Under the pieces are notes generated by a model, which did not search any database, was not told where the DNA came from, and saw only the letters and a list, made by a program, of their open reading frames with translations. A program made the translations under genes and the position numbers. DNA of 64,000 nucleotides from an uncultured virus (IMG/VR IMGVR_UViG_3300022555_000012) (taxonomy: Duplodnaviria > Heunggongvirae > Uroviricota > Caudoviricetes), in IMG/VR virus record IMGVR_UViG_3300022555_000012; one strand, given 5' to 3'. Below are positions 43,059 through 51,640 of this stretch, piece by piece; the stretch's first letter is position 1; every line of letters begins with the position of its first letter.

Positions 43059-43157
43059 CTACTTCTCAACTGCCCTCAACTTCGCCCAATATCCTTGTCT
43101 CTTTTGAAGTTCTATCCCGTACAACTTGCACCATTTTCTTACAGCATTATCACTTAC
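43059..43157 (-). pseudogene. C-terminal HTH remnant of a homing endonuclease
   Basis: VSDNAVRKWCKLYGIEL...* resembles GVSGNAVKKWIR of the HNH at 44356; no start codon. Confidence 0.6.
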
Positions 43158-43293
43158 CCTTGCAATAAGGACACTCCCAGACCTCTATCGTTCCTTCATT
43201 CTCGACAAATTTGCTTGCCGTATTCGTTGCAAGTGTCCGATTCTCCGGGTCCATTGCGATCACATGATTATTAAAACACAACATCTTATCTCC

Positions 43294-43371
43294 TGGTGTG
43301 CCTGACAAGAATCGAACTTGCAACCCTCAGCTTCGGAGGCTGATACTCTGATCCAATTGAGCTACAGGCAC
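43294..43371 (-). tRNA. tRNA-Arg(CCG)
   Basis: TCAGC-CTCCGAA-GCTGA; CCA. Confidence 0.92.
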
Positions 43372-43654
43372 ATTACTCTACATCTCTCTCATCTATCACA
43401 CTAATCGTTCCATCTGGAGAATTCATGTTCCTCACATACGCCTCATACTCATCAAACCCCTTGTCAATGAACTCATGAACCTCTCTCCTGGCTTCAGCAA
43501 TATCCTGACCTTCGAAAATCCTCAACGGCACCGCTAACATCTGATTCTTGGCCTTCTTCACTAATAAATGAATAAAGCTCGGACTCGTCAACACTTCGGT
43601 ATCCGATTCACATTCATTCACACATATTCCCATCCCGGCAATAATCTTCTTCAT

Positions 43655-43741
43655 TGGCGTTCCCGAGAGGATTTGAACCTCTATTTGCTTTCGCCCTTCA
43701 GATTCGTAGTCTGACATGCTATCCAATTACACCACGGGAAC
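43655..43741 (-). tRNA. tRNA-Arg(ACG) with extended variable arm
   Basis: TCAGA-CTACGAA-TCTGA; variable region AGGGCGAAAGCAAAT; CCA. Confidence 0.87.
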
Positions 43742-43743
43742 AT

Positions 43744-43799
43744 AACCTGCAACCTTCTGATTCGTAGTCAGAAACTCTATCCAATTGAGCTACGGGTAC
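43744..43799 (-). pseudogene. truncated tRNA-Arg(ACG), broken in the T-loop
   Basis: GTACCCG...TCTGA-CTACGAA-TCAGA-AGGTT-GCAGG-TT, then 2 nt and the intact copy. Confidence 0.85.
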
Positions 43800-43933
43800 A
43801 TTATACGCTTTTGGTGAGATTTAATTCTCACATTGAGAGGGATATCGAAAACTCTGGGGATGGGTCCCGATGCCTTGATAGTGCCCTTCTCTTCCGAACT
43901 TCACTCGGCGGTTTATTTTTCCTACAAAAGCTT

Positions 43934-44008
43934 TGGCACTCCCGAACAGAGTCGAACTGTCTTTCCTAGGATGAAAACCTAGTGTCCTAACCGGTAGACG
44001 ACGGGAGT
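43934..44008 (-). tRNA. tRNA-Glu(TTC)
   Basis: CTAGG-TTTTCAT-CCTAG; CCA. Confidence 0.92.
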
Positions 44009-44011
44009 AAA

Positions 44012-44329
44012 TTAACTTGTTGTCGCTGTTATTATCTGCTCAATTTTAAAATTTGGAGAGTGTATCACTCCAATCCTCCATGCCTGCACGTCATTCTCGT
44101 TCTTGGGCACATGCCCATAAAAATCTGTGGCTATATGAAGTCTGGCTGCTTCTGCCGCCTTATTTCCCCACATCTTCCTAACCTCTTCAATGCCCCCTTC
44201 ATGATGGCGAATATCCCTGTGCTTTTCACCAAGCTTTACAAAATATTCATCAAGCCACCTGTGAACCACGGCAAAATCACCACCGAGTTTTTCACGACAT
44301 TCCCTGCAATGCTCTTTATATTCAGCCAT
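44012..44329 (-). CDS. small His-rich hypothetical protein
   Basis: H.......G.....VHRWLD......HR..RHH..G....A.LHI..D pattern. Confidence 0.6.
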   Translation of the reverse strand: MAEYKEHCRECREKLGGDFAVVHRWLDEYFVKLGEKHRDIRHHEGGIEEVRKMWGNKAAEAARLHIATDFYGHVPKNENDVQAWRIGVIHSPNFKIEQIITATTS

Positions 44330-44355
44330 GATTGTTCTCCTTTTTTAGTGGTAGA

Positions 44356-45087
44356 CTAAACTCCTGCCTCTTGATATTGTCTTATCCATTTTTTTACAGC
44401 ATTACCGGAAACACCATACTTAATTCCAATTGCCTCTCTACTCATCTTTTTCATATCCTCTATCAATAATTCAAATGATGGTCGTTCTACTTTCCTGCTT
44501 CTAATACGACTGCACCTTGTACACCATAATGCTCCCCTCGTAATAACACATCCGCAATCCTGACACTTAATTTCGCGTTTTATCATTTTAACGCCGAGGT
44601 TTTTTCTTCCGCAAAAAGTGTTTTGCTGGCTATTGCAGTGAGGGCAAAGAATCCTCAAATTTTCAATCCTATTATCATTGTTTATCCCGTTTTCATGGTC
44701 GATAACTAAAATGAGTTCTTTTCCATTCCATTCTGGTAGTTGACCACACACATAACAAACATTTCTAAGCATCCCCTCTTTGAGTAGTCTATTTTTAAGG
44801 TTGGCCCTACTATATTCACAATTCTCAATAAGGACTTCTGATAATGGGATTCGAGATAATACCCTCTTTCTTCCTTTTGAAGACGACCTTCCCAACCAAT
44901 GAGAAACGTCAACTTTCAATCTTCTCACTTCAGCATGAACCGTTCTATAATTCCCTCCTTTTGGGACAAGTCCCATTCTTCGAAGCGTATCCGCTATTGA
45001 CATGCTATTTTTAGCCGCCTCTCTAAACTCCTCATCTGTCCATCTTTTCTTTCTCATTTTCCTCCTGTGGTTGAACTGTCTCCACAT
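44356..45087 (-). CDS. HNH homing endonuclease with C-terminal HTH
   Basis: LVIDHENGINNDNRIENLRILCPHCNSQ. Confidence 0.9.
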   Translation of the reverse strand: MWRQFNHRRKMRKKRWTDEEFREAAKNSMSIADTLRRMGLVPKGGNYRTVHAEVRRLKVDVSHWLGRSSSKGRKRVLSRIPLSEVLIENCEYSRANLKNRLLKEGMLRNVCYVCGQLPEWNGKELILVIDHENGINNDNRIENLRILCPHCNSQQNTFCGRKNLGVKMIKREIKCQDCGCVITRGALWCTRCSRIRSRKVERPSFELLIEDMKKMSREAIGIKYGVSGNAVKKWIRQYQEAGV

Positions 45088-45124
45088 AAGGTGAGAATAT
45101 AAAGAAATTATCGCAGGTTCTTAT

Positions 45125-45199
45125 TGGTGGGTGTAGGGAATTTTGAAATCCCGACCAACGGTTTAAAAGACCGCTGCTCTGCCTCTGAGCTACACACCC
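45125..45199 (-). tRNA. tRNA-Lys(TTT)
   Basis: GCGGT-CTTTTAA-ACCGT; CCA. Confidence 0.9.
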
Positions 45200-46021
45200 C
45201 TAATCATGTTCACACGCATTCGTTTACCATCTGCTTTCATAGCATCACCTTCCCTTTTGTTTAATCCCACAATGGACACTTGCCTGTTTTCATCTTCGTT
45301 AGAAAGCCCTCTATATCCCCCACAAAGTGAGCAATCTCTCCATCAATCATCGTGCAAGTATGCACTCCCATGAAGTCCCCTACAGCCTTCCTATACCGTT
45401 CCGGGATGTCACTGCCCTTGATCGCCCCATTAATGACCTTGTCCTTCGGCAATGAGAAGAAGACTTCCATCTCCTTCTTTAACTTCTTGGCCACAATCTC
45501 GACCAATCTCAAGGCTCCTTCATTCTTGATATGAAGAACTTCCGTCTCTATCAGCATCTTTCCTATCCGATACTTGACAGAATACCGAGTCTTCTTACCC
45601 CTAAACTTGCTGAGATTGATAATCTCCATCTTCCCCAGGGTCTTTCCACCGATCCTCATATCGACACTTAACATGATTTCTTTACTCCATTTTCATAAGT
45701 CGCAATCACATTAACAATGCTCGAATCCCACCAACATCCTCTGCCCATAGATGCCTGAATACGGCCCTTTCCATATCCTCCCACAACTTCTTCCACTACC
45801 CAAGTTTCACCACGTTTGCTTTGCTCTCGGGCATATCGAATTTGTTTATCTCGTCTTGTCCTCATCACGAACCTCTTTCTAAAAGGATGTGTCTGCCGGC
45901 TGCTCTTTCGGATTTCCAGCTTATCCTCGTCTACCTGGTGTACAGGCCCGTTAGGGACCCGATAACACGATCAAGAAACACACCTCGGGTCAACTGTGTG
46001 TTCCTATCCCCGTACAGGGAG

Positions 46022-46098
46022 TGGTGGGCGTGGTCAGGATCGAACTGACGGCCTGCTGCTTATCAGACAACCGCTCTAACCAACTGAGCTACACGCCC
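46022..46098 (-). tRNA. tRNA-Ile(GAT)
   Basis: GTTGT-CTGATAA-GCAGC; CCA. Confidence 0.9.
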
Positions 46099-46160
46099 GT
46101 AACTAAACCTTCTTCTTGATACTAAACCTCTTTCCTTTATTATCAAGTTTACATTCAAAA

Positions 46161-46299
46161 TTTTGAGATGCCGAAAACCGCAAAGGGCGTGTTTCTCTGC
46201 TATCCTACCATTAGATGACCGACCCGAAGGCCGGACGGGATTCGAACCCGCATTTTCAGTTTGGAATTGAAGTATCCCTTTGCTGAAGGTATCTCAAAA
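46161..46299 (-). ncRNA. Y RNA (YrlA)-like RNA: long terminal stem carrying permuted tRNA-like domain C
   Basis: GAGATACC-TTCA-GCAAAGGG-ATACTTC [T-arm; CCGGCC-TTCG-GGTCGG; D-arm] CCCTTTGC-GGTTTTC-GGCATCTC. Confidence 0.7.
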
Positions 46300-46310
46300 A
46301 GCCTTAAAAA

Positions 46311-46465
46311 TTCGGACACCAAAAATCGATTGGGACTTTTTTCACCAAAGAAGTATTCCCTATCTGAAGGTGTCTTAAAACAACTTGAAGATTCCTAAAC
46401 GCCAAAAATCGCGGCGGGGTGTTTTTTCGTATGAATGAAGTAACCACATGCTGAAGGTGTCTAAG
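46311..46465 (-). ncRNA. two further copies of the same stem RNA lacking the tRNA-like domain (46311-46378 and 46394-46465)
   Basis: Conserved GACACC-TTCA-G..., TACTTC, GAAAAA and GATTTTT-GG, with compensatory stem changes. Confidence 0.7.
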
Positions 46466-46511
46466 TCTCTTCAAAAATCCTTTATACCATACACATCGTA
46501 TCCTACATTGT

Positions 46512-46589
46512 TGGGTTGAATGACGGGACTTGAACCCGCAGGACCCTGATTCACAGTCAGGTGCGTCTACCAATTCCGCCACATCCAAC
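46512..46589 (-). tRNA. tRNA-His(GTG)
   Basis: CCTGA-CTGTGAA-TCAGG; G-1:C73; CCA. Confidence 0.93.
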
Positions 46590-46604
46590 ATCTTCTCCTG
46601 AAAT

Positions 46605-46955
46605 TCTGAGATCTATACAGACTTTTACTGCTACCCCAGGTCATACACCTGGTGATTATGGCCGATAATCCCATCCGGCCGTAGTCTTCTCCTTCGTGCG
46701 TCCACGTCGGATTGAAAGTTATGAGGGATTTCACGTCACCTTGCGGCTATCGTTCCATATGTTATCGACCCGACCGATATCCTGCGTCCCCTTGATCCGC
46801 CCGTCCCACCTTGAATGGTGGAGGTTCGTTTCTCCGTTCAGCCGTGCTCCATACACCACGTAATGTCTTAACCAGACTTGCGGTCCGGCTCCTCGTTGGG
46901 TCACAATCAGTTTCCCCGCTAAAGAAAACCGACTCACCCTTGCAATCAAAAATTT
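46605..46955 (-). ncRNA. candidate large structured ncRNA
   Basis: No convincing ORF; many hairpins (GCCGGAC/GTCTGGT, CCACC/GGTGG, GGCCG/CGGCC, CCAGGT/ACCTGG). Confidence 0.5.
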
Positions 46956-47440
46956 TAATTGGCTATCAACCCGTACAGTATCACTACTGCATGCTGATTC
47001 ATTCCGCAGTTCCCCACGTTGAACAATGCCGCCAATCAGAGCAAATAATGCGAGTTGACAGGATTTTTACCTGCTCCGGTGTGGATTTGATGTCCAGAGG
47101 CCGGTTTCCAACACATCCCGTAATCTCCGTATACGAAGACTCCAAGATAACATCTCGTGCTAACTCATTGGGGGATTGGAGGCGGCCGATTACTTCGCCT
47201 TCCCCGAAGCCTTCAGCCTCGTGTACTCTTATACGAACAATCCCAGTTCTTTCGTCCGAAGGGTTTTCAACCCTCAACTCCACACCTTTCGGCAGGGCTT
47301 TCATTTCGGTTTTGAAGCCTACGATCTCTTAAGCTACGGACAAATCATAACTTGGTGGACTACTCAGAAGGGTTTATACGACCTAGCCAAAGTCCTAATA
47401 ATTTAGACTTTGACAGTAGTCAATACCTTCCTTTCGCCCT

Positions 47441-47516
47441 TGGTAGAAGCGGCGGGGGTCGAACCCGCGACACCCTGATTAAGAGTCAGGTGCTCTGCCA
47501 ACTGAGCTACGCTTCC
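47441..47516 (-). tRNA. tRNA-Lys(CTT)
   Basis: CCTGA-CTCTTAA-TCAGG; CCA. Confidence 0.93.
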
Positions 47517-47532
47517 GATACGAGAAATAATG

Positions 47533-47599
47533 GCCGATGTCCTACCATTAGACGACCGGCCCTTTCGGTCCGGACGGGATTCGAACCCGCATTTTCAGC
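47533..47599 (-). ncRNA. circularly permuted tRNA-like element D
   Basis: GCTGA-AAAT-GCGGG-TTCGAAT-CCCGT-CCGGACC-GAAA-GGGCCGG-TCGTCTAATGGTAGGACA-TCGGC. Confidence 0.8.
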
Positions 47600-47614
47600 A
47601 CAGCCTTAAATAAA

Positions 47615-48080
47615 CTAGGGGATACAGACAGAAAACTCTATCAAAATCTCTATCTATTGGTGTGTTACTTCGGCGTGTTCTTCCAACACTCTTCGATCCG
47701 TAGTCTACTCGATCAGATATTTATGTCTGGATCGATGAACCACAGAACAAGTCCCGGACCGACCGGAAATCGGGTTTCCAGCCCTTTCTAATCGATCTGG
47801 ATGACCATACTAACTCCTACTCACACCTGCCTGTTCCCCTTTGGAAATTAATGCCGGTTACTTCTCCCCGGTAGCCACACCACTAGACCTAAACACAGAC
47901 CGCACTCCTACGCACGTAGGACGGTTCCATGCCTCATCGGTCGGACAGGTGTCTCCCAACTAATGACTGACCGAAGTTGTGCTTCCATCTACACCATGTC
48001 CCCCGAGTTTTAATCCGCAGGGCACTAGACCTCGAACCTAACCTTCCCTCGGTCAGTCTTGACTTTCGATATTCAGTTTT
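47615..48080 (-). ncRNA. candidate large structured ncRNA (~460 nt) directly downstream of a promoter motif
   Basis: GACTGACCGA/TCGGTCAGTC, TCCTACG/CGTAGGA, TCGATC/GATCGA and ACAGACAGAAAACTCTATC-type terminal stems; no credible ORF. Confidence 0.55.
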
Positions 48081-48156
48081 CAAATTGACGAAATGAATCG
48101 TCTCACATTTATACATTGCAGGAGTTCACCCGCAATACGGAAAAGATTTTGACAAT

Positions 48157-48188
48157 AAAAAACCCCAAGGCTTTTTGGCCCCAGGGTC
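48157..48188 (-). terminator. intrinsic terminator
   Basis: ACCCTGGGGC-CAAAAA-GCCTTGGGGT followed by a T-run on the minus strand. Confidence 0.7.
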
Positions 48189-48376
48189 TTGCTCTCATTC
48201 TCTTTTCCGTCCGCTTAATGCACACAAGAAAAGAACAAGAACCCTGTAGTTGCCGGGCGATCTTCTGTCGTCCAGGCCCCTGTAGGCTTCTGCTCTTTAA
48301 TGGTATGCATAATTACGCTCATGTGAATACTATACGCCGCTTCCTTAATCCGTTGCAACAAAATCTTTAATTATTT

Positions 48377-48943
48377 TTAAACCGATTCAGACTCATCTCG
48401 AATCTCATCCTGAAGTGCCTTAATTTCCTCATCCACTATCTGATCCGTCTCCTGTATCGTGGCCTCTCTCTGTTCCGTGTTCAAAAGGCTTGCCGCGTGT
48501 CTTGCAATCAATCTGTTCGCAACCCTGTTCGATACTGCCCTGGCTGTCTCAATCGCATATCCTCCACACTCTTTCCGTGAATCAGCAATCACCCGACGAA
48601 TCTGTTTCCGAAATTGAGATTCCCTCATCATCTCCGTCAAAGCCGCCTGACTTTTAAGGTCATCATTCTCCTGCTTGATACGAATCCATTCCATCGCCAT
48701 TCCGAAGAACATTGTCCCCAGACCACTGAAAAGACAGATGATGACTGATATCCAAATAGGAACTTTTGATGAAGCAATACCCGCCAGGACAGAGATGCCA
48801 ACTGAAAATAAAAATATACCACCGACAACCTGTAAACGAACTTGTCTCAGTTTTTCTTCGGCGAGCTTCTTAAGATCCCGATCGCTTTCGCTTTGATCTG
48901 TTCCGCCACCCTGATCGCTTGCAACGGGTCTATTCCTATCCAT
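48377..48943 (-). CDS. two-TM membrane protein (start uncertain)
   Basis: Two hydrophobic helices followed by a helical tail. Confidence 0.6.
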   Translation of the reverse strand: MDRNRPVASDQGGGTDQSESDRDLKKLAEEKLRQVRLQVVGGIFLFSVGISVLAGIASSKVPIWISVIICLFSGLGTMFFGMAMEWIRIKQENDDLKSQAALTEMMRESQFRKQIRRVIADSRKECGGYAIETARAVSNRVANRLIARHAASLLNTEQREATIQETDQIVDEEIKALQDEIRDESESV

Positions 48944-49040
48944 GATACCACCTTGTCAAATTGTAAAACCACGACATCATCCCGCTCCTGAACTTTTATA
49001 TTCACAGCGAGAACTTCTTCTTTCTTCTCAACAACCCGGC

Positions 49041-50219
49041 TCAAATTAGGCTCCTGCTGAACGAGTCTCTTCGTGCCGCCTGTAATCTTCCAAATGCCAC
49101 CTTCACATCTGAATCACTGTTGAATCTACTCAAACTCACCCTGAGTGTCGATAAGACATCACTGGGGTTCATTCCAATCGCTCCCAGGACGTGAGACTCC
49201 CTCTTCGTAGTCGAACAGGCCGACCCGGATGACACACAGATCCCGAACCTTGAACAGAGAATCCCACAGACAACTTCTGCCTCAATCCCTGGGATTGTGA
49301 CACTGACGATGTTGGGAAGTCTTTGAGTCGGATGACCATTCCTCTTTGCCTTATACAAGACACAAATTTGCCCGGCCAACCATTCTGTGATGTTCATCAT
49401 CCTTGGCATCTGCTTGGGAATTGCATCCATCGCCAATTCCACAGCCTTCCCGAATCCTACAATCTCAGGGACTGCCAGGGTTCCAGACCTCATCCCGTCC
49501 TCTTGGCCTCCTCCATGATGAAGAGGGTCTATCTGAGTCCCCTTCTTGACATAGAGTGCTCCCATACCCATTGGGCCGTGAATCTTGTGAGCCGACAGAG
49601 AAATCATATCTGCCCCGACATCATCCACATCGAACTTCACCTTCCCGAATGCCTGAACCGCATCACAGTGGAAGAGAACCTTATGTTTCTTGCAGAGTTC
49701 GGCGATCTTCGCAACTGGTTGAATCGTCCCAATCTCATTATTGGCATATTGGATACTGACGAGATAAGTGTTGTTCGACTTGGTCTTTAATTTCTCTTCA
49801 AGAGCATCAATGTCGATTACTCCGAACTGATCCACCGGTATTTCCCGGCAACCGTTCCATGAAGAATTCTTGCCCATCCACCTTGCCGGCTCAATAACCG
49901 AAGCGTGTTCAACAGCACTAATAAGGATACCACCCTCAAAACGTGGTTGTATTCCCTTGATAGCCCAGTTATTCGCCTCTGTTCCACCGGAAGTGAAGTA
50001 AATCTCCTCCGGGGAACATTTCAGGACATCTGCAATGATGGCACGAGAGTCTGATACGGCCTTCTGAGCCTCTCGACCGAGTCTGTAGACTGTCTCCGGA
50101 TTGCCATACCTCTCCTCGAAGTAATGTCTCATTGCCTCCACAACTTGCTCATCAAGAGCGGTTGTCGCGGCATTATCCAGATAAATCTCTACATCCCTAA
50201 GTTGAAAGTCAGGCTTCAT
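49041..50219 (-). CDS. iscS: cysteine desulfurase (IscS/NifS family)
   Basis: IYLDNAATT; FTSGGTEANN; HCDAVQ; SAHKIHGP; SSGSAC. Confidence 0.93.
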   Translation of the reverse strand: MKPDFQLRDVEIYLDNAATTALDEQVVEAMRHYFEERYGNPETVYRLGREAQKAVSDSRAIIADVLKCSPEEIYFTSGGTEANNWAIKGIQPRFEGGILISAVEHASVIEPARWMGKNSSWNGCREIPVDQFGVIDIDALEEKLKTKSNNTYLVSIQYANNEIGTIQPVAKIAELCKKHKVLFHCDAVQAFGKVKFDVDDVGADMISLSAHKIHGPMGMGALYVKKGTQIDPLHHGGGQEDGMRSGTLAVPEIVGFGKAVELAMDAIPKQMPRMMNITEWLAGQICVLYKAKRNGHPTQRLPNIVSVTIPGIEAEVVCGILCSRFGICVSSGSACSTTKRESHVLGAIGMNPSDVLSTLRVSLSRFNSDSDVKVAFGRLQAARRDSFSRSLI

Positions 50220-51640
50220 TTTGGCTCCTTGTTCACAGTCCCTCTTATCTTGGAGGCTTCTTCCGCAAAGTCAGAAATACAGTCCTTTGTGACCATATGT
50301 TCCATTCGATACGGACAATCCTCCGGCACATCCGAGTCCCATTCTACCAGACCTGGACCAACAAGTTCACACCAAACTTTCGATGCTGTCTCATTTTGCC
50401 CGTCTTCTCCTTCAAGAGCTGGGGCAAATGAGACACATTGCTTGCATCTTTTGCAGATACCGAGATTGGCCATTAGGTTTCCAGGAGAGCCAAGTTCAGA
50501 TTGTCCAAGTCATAGATGTTGGCTGACTGTGCCTCATCATACTTGCTGCTCTTTTTCTTGCCCTTCTCAGGCCCACCCATCAATTCGTAGATGATCCGCT
50601 TCTCAGTCTCATCCACCCGCAAGATCTTTGCCGGCACCCTCTGATTGTTGCGATACATCAGAGCATATCGATTAATCAGTTTCGCCACATCCTTCAATGA
50701 TACACTCTCCGGACCCTTAACTTCACTCATACTGCTTTCTCCTCTTCTTTCATATTCCCGGAACATTCGTCCCGGTCTGCTATTCTCTTCTTCAACACCT
50801 CGGCCGCAATCTCGGATTGCCCTCCTCGATCACTGCTCCCTAACAACATATTCTTCATTCCACTATGCCTCAACTTATCCAAAGCATCTTCCGGAGCATC
50901 CAGCACCATCAGGAATAACTCCTCATCCGTGATTGTCTTAAACTCCCTCACATCATCCGTGAAAACATCCTTTTCCAAATCAATTTGGTCTTTCCTTAAG
51001 ATCGTGTCTCCGTTAAATCGGCGAATCCTGGGATATCCCGGATAAGGTCCTGACATCCTCTGGTCCAATATAAAAGCCTCTTTCGGACCACCAACGGTGT
51101 TTACGGAACACTCATCTTTGATGTGCCCCCAACAAAACTGTCCGCAGTTATTTCCATGACAGACATATTTTCCGATGTAACTCTCCATGCACCATTATAT
51201 CCCGGAATCAAGAAACTTTGATTAAGTTTGTGCTGGTGGCGGTTGTTGAGGTTGTTTTACCCGAGGAGTGGCCTGTTTGATCTTGGCCATGATGACCGAC
51301 TGAAGATACTGTCTGGCCAATTTGTGAATGGTTCCATCCGGATAAATCAGCCTCAAACCGACCAATCTACTGAAAAGTTTCCCGGCATCTTGAGCTTTTG
51401 CCCCTGAAACAACAGCAAACCCTGTCTGATCATATTCAATCTGCTGCCAGAGCCATTCCCATTTCGCAACTGTGTCCTTCTCTACACAATCCGTCGCAGC
51501 CTTAAATCTAATTCTCACGGACTTCCAGGCTATCATTCCATTCTGAAGATCCTCATCTCCCATAATGGCTACAATGTTCTCAGCTTCTTCCTCGCTCTTG
51601 AACCATGCCAAAATTTCACCGAAAGATGCCATACTAACTC

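Noticed and set aside
44340..45199. Split-tRNA cassette around the HNH next to tRNA-Lys(TTT), and likewise the LAGLIDADG-like gene next to tRNA-Glu(CTC)
   Set aside because: The nucleases are tRNA-adjacent, but no convincing broken-tRNA remnants flank them.
46161..46465. CRISPR array
   Set aside because: Only three degenerate units, with covarying internal stems and variable length; no identical repeats and no cas genes.
26774..47516. Stop-codon reassignment or suppressor tRNAs
   Set aside because: No CTA, TTA or TCA anticodon was found, and long conserved genes are intact under the standard code and end in all three stops.
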